Positions 46,754-57,318 of a stretch of DNA of 64,000 nucleotides are shown piece by piece (the stretch's first letter is position 1; every line of letters begins with the position of its first letter). A program made the position numbers and the translations under genes. Source of the DNA: Patescibacteria group bacterium (GTDB taxonomy: Bacteria > Patescibacteriota > Patescibacteriia > CAIXNZ01); assembly GCA_041651155.1 (NCBI GenBank), contig JBAZJU010000005.1, positions 2,653-66,652 on the forward strand. Reading direction: 5' to 3'. The notes under the pieces were generated by a model. The model was not told the DNA's origin. It made no database searches and was given only the letters and a program-made list of their open reading frames with translations.

Positions 46754-47518
46754 TTATTCATGATAGGGATTGATTATTACGCTAGTGCCGATTTTGACAA
46801 AATTTTTATTTAGCCATTCGGCGTCGCTGGTGAAAATCCTGACACAGCCATGGCTCGCATTCATCCCAGGCACGTTCGGACTGCCGTGGAAAGCATAACC
46901 AGCTCTGTGAAAAAACATTGCCCAGGGCATGGGGGCATTATGGAATTTACGGGAACGTGTTTTGGCATTGCCTTTTTTAATAATAGTGAAATTGCCGGTG
47001 ACTGTGTGGCATTGCCTGCCAATATCTGAGCAATAATCCTTACCTCCAACGCCAGGTCCCCAACTCACAAGATTGCCTGTCTCATCATAGGCTGCCCAGG
47101 CCAAAAGCTCCGGATCCCAAATTAGGATTTTTTCATCCATGACGCCTATATTTTGGGGGAAAGGAGAAAAATCCATGAAAGTTTTGTTAGCCATATTATT
47201 GGGCACGGCAATGACCATTTCTTTTTCCAGCTTGATATTAAGACGGTTGACTTTCATGACTATCTCCCGTTCTCGCTCGTCCGGCCAGAGTTCTGCCCAT
47301 GTCTGCGGCACTTGGCTCTCAATTTTTTTAAGGCCATTTTTTGTTCTGATTTCTTTGATCACCGTCTTTTCAGCGATGGCGATACAATGGAAATCAGGGT
47401 TGTTGTTGCAAAGAGTTTCACCGAACGGTTTATTTTTTTCCAGGCTCCTGGCCGATGCGGTAAAGAGTAAAGAGGCCAGAAAAATTAAAGCGAACACGTA
47501 AAACTTCTTTACAAACAT
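46754..47518 (-). CDS. L,D-transpeptidase (YkuD family)
   Basis: Signal peptide; MPWAMFF..GYAFHGS...SHGCVR; start at MFVKK behind AAAGGAGG. Confidence 0.9.
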   Translation of the reverse strand: MFVKKFYVFALIFLASLLFTASARSLEKNKPFGETLCNNNPDFHCIAIAEKTVIKEIRTKNGLKKIESQVPQTWAELWPDEREREIVMKVNRLNIKLEKEMVIAVPNNMANKTFMDFSPFPQNIGVMDEKILIWDPELLAWAAYDETGNLVSWGPGVGGKDYCSDIGRQCHTVTGNFTIIKKGNAKTRSRKFHNAPMPWAMFFHRAGYAFHGSPNVPGMNASHGCVRIFTSDAEWLNKNFVKIGTSVIINPYHE

Positions 47519-47619
47519 AAGCTTTTCCTCCTTTGTTGCGTACATTTTTCGTTAAGTTGAAAAGGGACAGGGTTGATTAAAATGTTAGCTTAAAATAAGG
47601 CTAAAGTCAAGCCTGATGT

Positions 47620-48177
47620 TTAGATTTTGAAATAAGTATTTATTGAACACAATATTTTAAAAAACACAGGATAAATAAGAGTCAGGATTATTAAAAATAT
47701 AATGATGAGAAAAAACCCTTGGCTGGCTTTTATTGCCTGCTTTTTTATTTGGGAATTAATTAGCGCCAGGATTTGGAAAATAATAGCTAATAAAATACTG
47801 CCGATAAAAATGCCCATTAATAATTTATCAAAGCCGCAGATTTGGTTAGGAGACAAGGATATTAATTTTGAGAAATAGAGGGTAGCTATTACGAAAAAAT
47901 AAATTAAAAAAGAAATAATCAGCCAGGCATATTTGAAATAATAGTTTTTTTTCTTCAGCCAATAAATTAACCATTTGCTTAATAAAATGATTAAGCCCCC
48001 CGTATAAAGGCCGATTAAAAGCCGATCTATGCCCAGCCACAAAGCTAAGCCGGCGGCTGCTGGCAAAGCCAATAAACAGACAGGACAGGCAGCATTTATT
48101 GGAGAAACCAGAATAAAGCAAAAAAATAGGATAGTGATTAAGCAAAAAAAAGAAAATTTTAACCAATGATTTTTCAT
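47620..48177 (-). CDS. Multi-TM membrane protein with CPVC motif
   Basis: Hydrophobic segments, AACPVC. Confidence 0.7.
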   Translation of the reverse strand: MKNHWLKFSFFCLITILFFCFILVSPINAACPVCLLALPAAAGLALWLGIDRLLIGLYTGGLIILLSKWLIYWLKKKNYYFKYAWLIISFLIYFFVIATLYFSKLISLSPNQICGFDKLLMGIFIGSILLAIIFQILALINSQIKKQAIKASQGFFLIIIFLIILTLIYPVFFKILCSINTYFKI

Positions 48178-48191
48178 AGTCTAAAATTATA

Positions 48192-48265
48192 TCGGGCTGG
48201 CGGGACTTGAACCCGCGACCTCATCGTCCCGAACGATGCGCGCTAGCCAACTGCGCTACAGCCCG
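48192..48265 (-). tRNA. tRNA-Pro(CGG)
   Basis: CGGGCTGTAGCGCAGTTGGCTAGCGCG-CATCG-TTCGGGA-CGATG...GGTTCAAGTCC..GCCCGA; CCA not encoded. Confidence 0.95.
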
Positions 48266-48414
48266 TAATTATTAAATTTTTAACTAACTATCCGCAGTTG
48301 GCTGTTGTCATTTATTTTTGTATCTTTTCCGACTGCCTGCCCGCCAAAGCTTTCCTGTCTGCCGTAGCTTCAGCGAAGGCAGAAGCGGCGGTGGGCGCTA
48401 CAGCCCGCTGGAAT

Positions 48415-48475
48415 AACTTTACAACTCTACGACTCTACGACCCTACAATAATACAACTCTACGAACTTTACAATT
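48415..48475. repeat. 8-bp-period tandem repeat
   Basis: actttaca actctacg actctacg accctaca... Confidence 0.65.
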
Positions 48476-48643
48476 ATAGTATTGATTTCAAAAAGCCGCC
48501 GAGCTGATTGATTATTTTATCAATTGAAATATAGATTTTTTTAAAAAGTTCTGGGGAAATAGAATTTTGTTCTGACAAGGTATCGGCACAGGCTAATAAT
48601 TCATAACATGAGTCAGCCCTTTATCAAAATTTTGGGTCATAAA

Positions 48644-50758
48644 TTATTTTAGATTAATGATATAAATTTTACCATCTGTGAAAAACTGATCACCGGTAAA
48701 ATTTTTACCCAAAAACGGATCAACGAATTGTTCTTTGTAATAATTTTTGATTAAATCTGATTTTTGCAGATCTGTAAAAAAAACTTCTCTTTCAGTATCA
48801 ATATCAGGGTTAATTGTATGAACAACCAGCCATTTTATGCCAACATCCAAACTTGCCGTACCAACGTAGATAATTTTTCCGTCAGTAGTCTTATAATCAG
48901 TTCGCCAGAATCTGGCATGGTGTCTTTGCCTCACCGTGTTATCGCTAGTCGGTTTTTCAAAACCAAAGTCATTGATATTGGCATTCCAAAATGAAGGTGT
49001 CATGGGCGCGCTGTCATAACTTTGATTTAAAATTGCTGACTTGGCTATTTTTGTTAAGGTGTTTAAATTAGCAGGTTCTGCCAGGATCCAGCCCGATTTT
49101 TTAAAAGCACTAATAAGTTCATCGTCATTTTGGGCAATTAATATAAAGCTGAGCGGTTCTTGTTTGGTGCCGTCTAGAGTTTCAGTATATTTTGAAAGAT
49201 TAAAATCACTGAAAATTTTTATTGGTTCAGACTTGATTGTCTGAATTGCCATTATTTTTTCTGGAAAAATTACTTCAGGCTTAAAGTAATAGGCAAAACC
49301 AATATAATAAAATATGGAAACAACAATTAAAGCAATGGTTATTATTTTAAGGGTTTTTGCGGTTTTTATTTTGTCTGATTTCTCTTTTTTAAAGCTTGGC
49401 CATTCAATCAGATTAATGCCAATTATTAACCACAGCAAAGCCAGTAAATATCCGCCTAAAACATCGCTTAGATAATGCAGGCCTAGATAAAGCCGGCTAA
49501 AACCTACGGCAATTATTACCAAAGCGCCGGCAAATAAAATATTTAACTTGTTTTTCCAATTCTTTAAATTACGCCAGCTAAAATATATCAAAAATCCAAA
49601 AAGAGCCATGGCCAGGGCTGCATGTCCGCTGGGAAAGGAGGCGGATTTTTCCAAATAAATTGCTACTTCTTCAGGCCTTGGCCGTCTGATGATTATTTTG
49701 CCAAGATAGACGAAAATTTCCGTGCCAGCGAGTATCAGCCAGAAAGGTAAAATGTAATTTTTTTTATGCCAGAGCCATAAGAGTCCTGAAATAAGGGCTA
49801 TTATTCCTAATTCAAATTCCCATTCCCCCAAAATAGTTATCCAGGTGAAAATTTTTACTAAACTTGCCTGGCGAAAAACAAAAAGCAGATTTTCCAGGCG
49901 AATATCTGCCAGGGCAATTGGCATGGCGATTAAAATTGATCTTATAATGCCCAAAAAAAGTGAGAGAAGATAAATAAAAGCTAGCGCAAAAAGTGTTAAG
50001 GGTAAGCCTGTGAATTTTGTCCTGTCCAGGCGGCGTTTGATGATCCTAAAAATTAAGGGATGATTTTTAATCAAATTTATTACCTCAGGGTTTTTTGTAA
50101 TCGCCTGGATAATAGAAATTAAAATTGATTTAAAAAATAAAAGGAACCTTTTTCCTTCTTTTAAAATTAATTCTTTGAGCAGATAATAAAGCACAAGAAA
50201 AATAGCTATCACGAGCAGAAAAATGCTGGCTCTGGTAGAATAAGCTGCAATCACTTGCCAGGCCTGGCCGAAAAAGTAACCTAAAAAAAGATAAAACATG
50301 GCCCAGGCAAAGGCGCTCAAGACATTCCAAAAAATAAATTTTTTAGTCTCCATTTTAAAAATACCTGCTACAAAAGGGATGATCGGTCGGATTGGGCCGA
50401 TAAATCTGCCCAGAAAAATACTTTTATGCCCATGCTTTTTGAAAAATTCTTCGCCCCTGGATAAATAAGAAGATTTAAATATTTTATTTTCAGGCTTGAA
50501 AAATTTTTTTGCTTTTTTGCCCAAATAAAAACTCAAGCCATCACCCAAAATTGCACCAAGGACTGCGAACCAGATTAAATCGCTTATCTCAAACATCCCT
50601 TTGCCAGCCAAAAAGCCAATAAAGACAGTAAGGATTGTGCCAGGAATAAAAAGTCCGACAAAGGCCAGAGATTCTACAAAGGAAATTAAAAAAACCAGCA
50701 AATAGCTGAAATTTTGCAGTTTTTGTAAAATGGTAATTAAAACATCAATATAATTCAT
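48644..50758 (-). CDS. DedA (VTT)-PAP2 phosphatase-LssY C-terminal fusion membrane protein
   Basis: ESLAFVGLFIPG, GRFIGPIR; K..RRPRP, SFPSGH, SRLYLGLHYLSDV; RHHARFW. Confidence 0.9.
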   Translation of the reverse strand: MNYIDVLITILQKLQNFSYLLVFLISFVESLAFVGLFIPGTILTVFIGFLAGKGMFEISDLIWFAVLGAILGDGLSFYLGKKAKKFFKPENKIFKSSYLSRGEEFFKKHGHKSIFLGRFIGPIRPIIPFVAGIFKMETKKFIFWNVLSAFAWAMFYLFLGYFFGQAWQVIAAYSTRASIFLLVIAIFLVLYYLLKELILKEGKRFLLFFKSILISIIQAITKNPEVINLIKNHPLIFRIIKRRLDRTKFTGLPLTLFALAFIYLLSLFLGIIRSILIAMPIALADIRLENLLFVFRQASLVKIFTWITILGEWEFELGIIALISGLLWLWHKKNYILPFWLILAGTEIFVYLGKIIIRRPRPEEVAIYLEKSASFPSGHAALAMALFGFLIYFSWRNLKNWKNKLNILFAGALVIIAVGFSRLYLGLHYLSDVLGGYLLALLWLIIGINLIEWPSFKKEKSDKIKTAKTLKIITIALIVVSIFYYIGFAYYFKPEVIFPEKIMAIQTIKSEPIKIFSDFNLSKYTETLDGTKQEPLSFILIAQNDDELISAFKKSGWILAEPANLNTLTKIAKSAILNQSYDSAPMTPSFWNANINDFGFEKPTSDNTVRQRHHARFWRTDYKTTDGKIIYVGTASLDVGIKWLVVHTINPDIDTEREVFFTDLQKSDLIKNYYKEQFVDPFLGKNFTGDQFFTDGKIYIINLK

Positions 50759-50823
50759 ATTTCTTAAATTTTAGCATTTTCTAAGCAATTTTAAAAGCCC
50801 AAAAAATGGGCTTTTAATATTAT

Positions 50824-50898
50824 TCGGGGCGGCGGGATTTGAACCCACGATCTTCGGACCCCCAGCCCGACGCTCTAGACCAGCTGAGCCACACCCCG
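50824..50898 (-). tRNA. tRNA-Pro(GGG)
   Basis: CGGGGTGTGGCTCAGCTGGTCTAGAGCG-TCGGG-CTGGGGG-TCCGA...GGTTCAAATCC..CCCCGA. Confidence 0.93.
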
Positions 50899-50904
50899 CA
50901 GTGA

Positions 50905-51075
50905 AAAATAACAAATGTCAAAATCCAAACCTTTGTTTGCCAAAGCCCCGCACTGCGGGGCGAAGGCAAATATCAAAAAAATAACAAAATATAAAATTTA
51001 AATAATCAAACGTTTTGGCATTAAGTATTTGAGTTTTGAATTTATTTTGTTATTGAGCATTTGTTATTTGTCATT
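50905..51075. repeat. Heptamer-period imperfect inverted repeat interrupted by a GC palindrome
   Basis: aaataac/aaatgtc... versus ...ttgttatttgtcatt; gccccgca-c-tgcggggc inside. Confidence 0.6.
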
Positions 51076-51218
51076 AAAGCGGTTTAATTTTAACCCCTTT
51101 TTACTCCTTTTACTCCTCTTGCCCTTTTTACCCTTCTACCTCATATCTTATTCCATCTTCAAACTTTCTTCAACTAAAAACCCCCGGGTTTTAGGCCAGG
51201 GGTTTTTAATGAGTACAT

Positions 51219-51371
51219 TTATTTAGCTGCGCCAATTTTGAACATTTTGGTGCCGCACACAGGACAAATACCTGTGACTGCTGGTCTGCCATTTTTCATT
51301 TTAATTTCTTTAGCATCTTTCATTGTCTGTTTGGCTTTGCATTTAACACAGTAAGCTTGAACATCGGCCAT
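51219..51371 (-). CDS. DUF5679-like small zinc-binding protein
   Basis: MADVQAYCVKCK...MKNGRPAVTGICPVCGTKMFKIG, 50 aa, below the ORF-track cutoff. Confidence 0.85.
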   Translation of the reverse strand: MADVQAYCVKCKAKQTMKDAKEIKMKNGRPAVTGICPVCGTKMFKIGAAK

Positions 51372-51460
51372 AGATATGAAGTTAATAATTATTAATTTAT
51401 AAGGATTTCTCTTAATAGTTGCTTGGATTTTATTTAGAGTTAAAGGAATTTCTTAACAAT

Positions 51461-51640
51461 TTAAACCCTGGCAGCCTTAACTCTGGTTTTTAAGCAGCTG
51501 GTACAAATTTTTGTTTTTTTGCCATCTATAGTTTTCGCCTGCAAATTAATATACTTCTTCTTTAGGGTTTTAATGTTGGAATGGCTGCGGCTGGCAGAAG
51601 TTTTAGGACCGCGTCCGCATATTTCACAAGTTCGCGACAT
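51461..51640 (-). CDS. rpmB: 50S ribosomal protein L28
   Basis: MSRTCEICGRGP...SHSNIKT....INLQ...ICTSCLKT, 59 aa, missing from the ORF track. Confidence 0.92.
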   Translation of the reverse strand: MSRTCEICGRGPKTSASRSHSNIKTLKKKYINLQAKTIDGKKTKICTSCLKTRVKAARV

Positions 51641-51765
51641 AATGATAAGATTAATTTGAGTAAGACTTTGTAAGACGATGGTAAGACAATTGTATTACAA
51701 TGTTTTACTATCGTTTTACCCATTATTCCCAGTTTAGCAGATAAATATAATTTAATCAAGACCAT

Positions 51766-52431
51766 ATGCTATTATTAAATTTTTTTAGCCAACCTTTAAT
51801 CGGTGTAGCTTTTATTTTAGCTTTATTGATTGTTTTAACATTTCATGAATTTTTTCATGCCCTGGTGGCTGTTTGGCAGGGAGATAATACTGCCAAAGAT
51901 GCTGGCAGGCTGACTTTAAACCCCTTAGCTCATTTGGATCTAACAGGCACAATTTTGTTATTGCTTATAGGTTTTGGCTGGGGCAAACCAGTGCCGGTTA
52001 ATTATTATAATTTGAAAAATCAAAAATGGGGTCCGGCCATTGTTTCAGCTGCCGGGCCTTTTGCCAATTTAATTATGGCAATTATTTTTTCTGTGGTTTT
52101 TAAACTAATTGCTCCGAGTAATCTCAATCCAGTAGCAGTTTTGAGCGGCGCTTCAGGAAATCTACTTTTGATTTTTCTTTCATTTTTGATTATTTATAGC
52201 TTGATTTTGATGGTTTTTAATCTTATACCCATTCCTCCTCTTGATGGCTCAAAGATTTTTTTTGCTTTTTTACCGCCAAAATATGACTATATCCAGGCCT
52301 ATTTAGAAAAAAACGGGCCGCTTATTTTGTTAATTTTAATAATTGCTGATAATTTTTTAGGCATTGGCATTATTAGCGCGTTTTTTAATTTAATTATCAA
52401 TTTATTTCTCCGGCTTTACAGCATATTGTGA
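51766..52431 (+). CDS. Site-2 protease (M50) family
   Basis: HEFFH, AGPFAN, FNLIPIPPLDG. Confidence 0.93.
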   Translation: MLLLNFFSQPLIGVAFILALLIVLTFHEFFHALVAVWQGDNTAKDAGRLTLNPLAHLDLTGTILLLLIGFGWGKPVPVNYYNLKNQKWGPAIVSAAGPFANLIMAIIFSVVFKLIAPSNLNPVAVLSGASGNLLLIFLSFLIIYSLILMVFNLIPIPPLDGSKIFFAFLPPKYDYIQAYLEKNGPLILLILIIADNFLGIGIISAFFNLIINLFLRLYSIL

Positions 52432-52558
52432 AATTCTTGACTTTTTTAGAGTAAGAGTGTAGAATAAAATCACAATAAAACACAGAGTTTTATTTTTTCA
52501 GCCAAAGGCTGATCAGCCACTGGCTGATATTTTTAATTTAAATTTTAAATTTTTTAAA

Positions 52559-52987
52559 ATGCCAACAATCAACCAGTTAGTTAAAAAAGGACGCAAACAA
52601 TCCAGCCATAAATCCAAGACGCCTGCTTTGGAAAGTGTTTTTAATACGATTAAAAGAAAGAGAAAAACATTGGATAAAGGCAATCCTTATAAAAGAGGCG
52701 TGTGCTTAAAAGTAACAACTACTACCCCTAAAAAACCTAATTCAGCCTTAAGAAAGATTGCCAGAGTCAGGCTTTCTAATGGCATGGAAGTGACTGCTTA
52801 TATTCCTGGCGAAGGCCATAATTTGCAGGAGCACTCAATTGTGATGATTCGCGGCGGCCGTGTCAAAGATTTGCCTGGCGTGCGTTATCATATTGTCCGC
52901 GGCCGTTATGATACCCAGGGAGTTGAAGGCAGACAAAAAGGCCGTTCAATTTATGGCGTTAAAAAGCCTAAAAAAGCTAAAGCTTAA
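52559..52987 (+). CDS. rpsL: 30S ribosomal protein S12
   Basis: [22 protein letters not shown]. Confidence 0.99.
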   Translation: MPTINQLVKKGRKQSSHKSKTPALESVFNTIKRKRKTLDKGNPYKRGVCLKVTTTTPKKPNSALRKIARVRLSNGMEVTAYIPGEGHNLQEHSIVMIRGGRVKDLPGVRYHIVRGRYDTQGVEGRQKGRSIYGVKKPKKAKA

Positions 52988-53019
52988 TTAACTTATTCAT
53001 TTAATACTGTTTAAAAAAT

Positions 53020-53490
53020 ATGAGAGGCAAACCAGCACCTAAAAGAAATATTCAGCCAGATCCTAAATTTAAAAATGCGCAGATTGCTAAATTTATCAAT
53101 TATTTAATGAGAAGAGGCAAGAGATCTACAGCCCAAAGGATCGTTTATAATGCTTTTGAAATTGTTTCTGATAAAACCAAGCAAGATGCATTGGAGATTT
53201 TTGAAAAAGCTTTGAAAAATGTCAGCCCATCTTTAGAAGTGCGCGGCCGCAGAATTGGCGGCGCTAATTACCAGATACCTTTTCCTGTCAGAACAGAAAG
53301 AAAATTTGCCTTAGCCAGCCGCTGGCTGATTGAGGCCAGCCAAAAAAGAAAAGGCAAAGCCATGGCAGAAAAATTAGCCATGGAAATCATGGATGCAGCC
53401 AATGAAACAGGGGATGCATTTAAGAAAAAACAGGATGTTCATAGAATGGCTGAAGCCAATCGCGCTTTTGCTCACTTTGCTCGATATTAA
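53020..53490 (+). CDS. rpsG: 30S ribosomal protein S7
   Basis: RRIGGANYQIP, MAEANRAFAH. Confidence 0.99.
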   Translation: MRGKPAPKRNIQPDPKFKNAQIAKFINYLMRRGKRSTAQRIVYNAFEIVSDKTKQDALEIFEKALKNVSPSLEVRGRRIGGANYQIPFPVRTERKFALASRWLIEASQKRKGKAMAEKLAMEIMDAANETGDAFKKKQDVHRMAEANRAFAHFARY

Positions 53491-53491
53491 T

Positions 53492-53578
53492 CTACAGATT
53501 ACAGATATGTACTGATGTACAAATATTTAATTTGTGGAGTTCAAATCTGTAAAATCTGTATGTATCTGTAATCTGTAG
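53492..53578. repeat. Short-period imperfect inverted repeat
   Basis: ctacagattacagata ... tatctgtaatctgtag. Confidence 0.75.
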
Positions 53579-53589
53579 TAAAAAAGCTT

Positions 53590-53940
53590 ATGGATCTAAA
53601 ACAAATAATAGAACAGCAGAAAGATTTTGATAGAAAGCATTTTGGAGAGATTAAATTAACACCAGAAAGATTGCTTTATTTAATGACTTGTTTAGCTGGA
53701 GAAACTGGTGAACTCGCAAATTTAGTTAAAAAATATTATCGTGAAAAAGTAAGAAATTATCGGTTACCTACTGATGGTCAAGAGGATTTCTTAAGCTTAA
53801 TGAAAGAAGAATTAACCGATGTATTTATTTACACAATAATTCTTTCTTATATGCTGGATGTTGATTTAGAGAAAGAATTTTTTAATAAGCTGAAAAAAAA
53901 TGAAGAACGGTTTAAAAATGTAAATTTAAACAATTTATAA
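53590..53940 (+). CDS. MazG-like nucleotide pyrophosphohydrolase
   Basis: LAGETGELANLVKK...EELTDVFIY...K..KNEERF. Confidence 0.85.
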   Translation: MDLKQIIEQQKDFDRKHFGEIKLTPERLLYLMTCLAGETGELANLVKKYYREKVRNYRLPTDGQEDFLSLMKEELTDVFIYTIILSYMLDVDLEKEFFNKLKKNEERFKNVNLNNL

Positions 53941-53962
53941 TTCGTAATTCAGAATTAAATTT

Positions 53963-56038
53963 ATGCCTAGAGAATATTCATTAGAAAATACCAGAAACAT
54001 CGGGATTATGGCCCATATTGACGCCGGCAAGACAACTATGACCGAGCGTGTTTTGTTTTACACTGGTAAAAAACATAAGATTGGCGAAGTTCATTATGGC
54101 GAAGCTGAAATGGACTGGATGGAACAAGAAAAGGAAAGAGGCATTACAATTACTGCCGCCGCAACTACTTGTTTTTGGAAAGATCATCGCATTAACATAA
54201 TTGATACCCCGGGCCATGTTGATTTTACTGTTGAAGTAGAAAGATCACTCCGCGTCTTGGATGGCGCAGTGGCAGTTTTTGATGGCTCGCAAGGCGTAGA
54301 ACCGCAGTCAGAAACAGTCTGGCACCAGGCAGCAAAATATAGCGTGCCGAGAATTGCTTTTGTAAATAAGATGGATAAAATTGGCGCTGATTTTTATATG
54401 AGCTTACAATCAATTCAGGAACGCCTGTCTCAACACGCAGTCGCTGTCCAAATTCCAATTGGCGCTGAAGACACTTTTGCAGGCTTAGTTGATTTATTAG
54501 AAAGAAAAGCCTACAAATTTGCTGGCGAATATGGCCAGAATGTTGAGGAAATACCAATTCCTGAAGATTTAAAAACTAAAGTTGAGGAATTGAGGAAGGT
54601 ATTACTGGAAAAAGTTGCTGAAAATGATGATGACTTAATGAATAAATATCTGGCCGGTGAAGAATTAGATTTAAACCAGGTCAAACAGGTGATTCGCGCA
54701 GCAACTATTAAAAACGATTTTCATCCTGTTTATTGCGGCTCTGCTTTAAAAAATATTGGCGTGCAATTTGTTTTGGATGGGGTTGTTGCTTATCTGCCTT
54801 CGCCAAATGATATACCTCCCTTTAAAGGAAAAAATCCTGAAACTGGCGTTGCAGAACTTAGGGAAGCTAAAGATGATGCGCCATTCTGCGCTTTGGCTTT
54901 TAAAATTGCCACTGATCCTTTTGTGGGCAAATTAGCCTTTTTCCGGGTTTATTCTGGCAGTTTAAAGGCTGGTTCATATGTTTTAAATACTGCCACAGGC
55001 GATAAAGAAAGAATCGGCCGTATTGTTCGCTTACATGCTAATTCTCGCGAAGACGTGGACGAAGTTTTTTCTGGTGAAATAGCAGCTGCTATTGGTTTAA
55101 AAAATACAACTACAGGCAATACTTTATGTGATGAAAAAAAACCAATTATTTTAGAAGAAATTATTTTTCCAGAACCAGTTATTTCCGTGGCCATTGAACC
55201 AAAAACAAAAGTTGACCAGGAAAAAATGGGCATGGCCATGCAAAAATTGGCTGAAGAAGATCCGACTTTCAGAATTCGTACCAATGAAGAAACTCTGCAG
55301 ACCATTATCTCTGGCATGGGTGAATTGCATTTAGAAATTATTGTTGACCGCATGAAAAGGGAATTTAAAGTTGAGGCCAATGTCGGCGCTCCCCAGGTAG
55401 CATATAAAGAAACTGTCAAAGGTACAGCTGAAGCAGAAGGCAAATATATTAAACAATCTGGCGGCCGCGGCCAATATGGCCATTGTTGGATAAAAATTGA
55501 ACCGCGCGACCAGGGCGAAGGCTTTGAATTTGTGGATGATATTAAAGGCGGCGCTATTCCTCGTGAATTTATTCCAGCTGTTGAAAAAGGCATTAAAGAA
55601 GCTTTGACCAAAGGCATTTTGGCTGGTTATCCTGTAGTTGATGTTAAAACGACTTTATATGATGGTTCATACCATGAAGTTGATTCTTCTGAAATAGCTT
55701 TCAAAATTGCAGGCTCAATGGCTTTTACAGAGGCAGCGAAAAAAGCCAAGCCAATTATTTTGGAACCAATCATGAAAATAGAGGTAGTTATGCCTGAACA
55801 ATTCATGGGTGATGTTATTGGTGATTTAAATGCTAAACGCGCTCAGATTACCCAGATGACCGAACGCGGTAAAATGAAAGTAGTTGATGGCATGGTGCCA
55901 TTATCTGAAATGTTTGGCTATGCGACTTCCTTAAGATCAGCCACTCAAGGCCGCGCTACCTATTCCATGGAATTTGATCATTATGCTGAAACTCCAAATA
56001 ATATTGCCTTGAAAATAATTGAAGGGAAGAAAAAATAA
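53963..56038 (+). CDS. fusA: Elongation factor G
   Basis: [30 protein letters not shown]. Confidence 0.99.
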   Translation: MPREYSLENTRNIGIMAHIDAGKTTMTERVLFYTGKKHKIGEVHYGEAEMDWMEQEKERGITITAAATTCFWKDHRINIIDTPGHVDFTVEVERSLRVLDGAVAVFDGSQGVEPQSETVWHQAAKYSVPRIAFVNKMDKIGADFYMSLQSIQERLSQHAVAVQIPIGAEDTFAGLVDLLERKAYKFAGEYGQNVEEIPIPEDLKTKVEELRKVLLEKVAENDDDLMNKYLAGEELDLNQVKQVIRAATIKNDFHPVYCGSALKNIGVQFVLDGVVAYLPSPNDIPPFKGKNPETGVAELREAKDDAPFCALAFKIATDPFVGKLAFFRVYSGSLKAGSYVLNTATGDKERIGRIVRLHANSREDVDEVFSGEIAAAIGLKNTTTGNTLCDEKKPIILEEIIFPEPVISVAIEPKTKVDQEKMGMAMQKLAEEDPTFRIRTNEETLQTIISGMGELHLEIIVDRMKREFKVEANVGAPQVAYKETVKGTAEAEGKYIKQSGGRGQYGHCWIKIEPRDQGEGFEFVDDIKGGAIPREFIPAVEKGIKEALTKGILAGYPVVDVKTTLYDGSYHEVDSSEIAFKIAGSMAFTEAAKKAKPIILEPIMKIEVVMPEQFMGDVIGDLNAKRAQITQMTERGKMKVVDGMVPLSEMFGYATSLRSATQGRATYSMEFDHYAETPNNIALKIIEGKKK

Positions 56039-56193
56039 GGGATAAATAAAACACTGATTTATATTCACAGATTACACTGATATAAAAATAGCTCTTTGAA
56101 AGAGGAGCTATTTTTTTATTTTATAAAAATATTGACAGAAAAAATATAGGTGATAAAGTAATAAAAAATACTTTTTTCAAAGGAGGTAAAGAA

Positions 56194-56400
56194 ATGGACG
56201 CACCTGAATTTGTCAATAGAGTTGGGGATACTGTGGAGGTAGACGATATCCATGGTTCTTCTGATTCAGTAGTATTAAATCTTACTGAAGAAGAACAGAG
56301 ATTTTTTCGGTCTGTGGAACATAGCCAAATTCCTTTTATGATGGGCCTCCTCAACAAATGCGCAGCAAAAGGCTTCCAGTTAGGAAAAATTTCAAAATAA
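56194..56400 (+). CDS. Small hypothetical protein
   Basis: 68 aa; ttgaca promoter at ~56132; AAAGGAGGT RBS. Confidence 0.65.
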   Translation: MDAPEFVNRVGDTVEVDDIHGSSDSVVLNLTEEEQRFFRSVEHSQIPFMMGLLNKCAAKGFQLGKISK

Positions 56401-56536
56401 ATTTTGCGTAAGAGTAGAATTTAAAAAAACTATTAAAATGACCTAGCGATAATTTCAAAGGGTCTTTTTTTGTATATTTTTGACTTCATATTGATTTGCT
56501 GATAATCTTTAAGCAAATTTTTCAAAGGAGGAAAAA

Positions 56537-56863
56537 ATGAGTTTCTGTTCTTTTTGCGGCAGCACGCCTGAGGGGACAGTTTTAATCGCATTTGACGAAA
56601 AGGTAAATGCCGGGATATGCGATACTTGTATTGTACTTTGCGGGGAAGTAATCGCAAACCCTACAGAAAAGGATATTCCTGAAGTTAGTTCAAAAGGTGA
56701 AAGCCATTGCACATTTTGTGGAAAAAATTCCCAGGAAGTTGGGGTATTGATTAGAGGGCCAGCTGGCAAAGTATATATATGCAGAAATTGTTTAAAAGCA
56801 GCAGCTGCAAGCATAATAAGTACTTTGCAAAATTTTCAATCAACTCAAAAACCTAACAACTGA
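56537..56863 (+). CDS. Stand-alone tandem ClpX C4-type zinc-finger protein
   Basis: CSFCG...ICDTC and CTFCGK...LIRGP..VYICRNC; AAAGGAGG RBS. Confidence 0.85.
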   Translation: MSFCSFCGSTPEGTVLIAFDEKVNAGICDTCIVLCGEVIANPTEKDIPEVSSKGESHCTFCGKNSQEVGVLIRGPAGKVYICRNCLKAAAASIISTLQNFQSTQKPNN

Positions 56864-57174
56864 TGGCGATTTAATTATGCAATGGCCAATGGGTTAAGAA
56901 ATAACCCATCTCCCACTCTGTGGAGATCCATTATCGGGGCCATGGCGCCTTAAAAAGGGGAAATAACCCAGACCAATTGCTAAGGCAAATAATGGCTAAA
57001 ACGGCCTGCCGAAGCATTGGGTGCTAACTGAAATCAGCCATAAAATGCTTTGTGCTGATCATCAGTTTTGCTGGAAATAACCAAAAATTAAATATCTTTT
57101 GTGATCATCCCAGCATAGCGCGGTAGCTAACACTCAAAACCCAATAAACAGGCTCGAATCCTCGGGCCTGTTTT
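56864..57174 (+). ncRNA. Candidate structured non-coding RNA ending in a terminator
   Basis: No ORF; many complementary segments; GAAATAACC three times; final aaacaggctcga...tcgggcctgtttt hairpin. Confidence 0.45.
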
Positions 57175-57184
57175 AATTTTAATA

Positions 57185-57310
57185 ATCAAATCTCAAATGC
57201 CAACTCACAAATAAGCTTCAAATCATAAATTCCAAATTTCAAAAGTTTGGTTATTGGGATTTGGTTATTGGTTATTATTTGGAGCTTGGTGTTTGAAGAT
57301 TAGAATTTAG
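57185..57310. repeat. Heptamer-period imperfect inverted repeat (same family as 1708-1834)
   Basis: aaatctcaaatgcc... versus ttggttattatttggagcttggtg. Confidence 0.75.
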
Positions 57311-57318
57311 ATAGGTAT

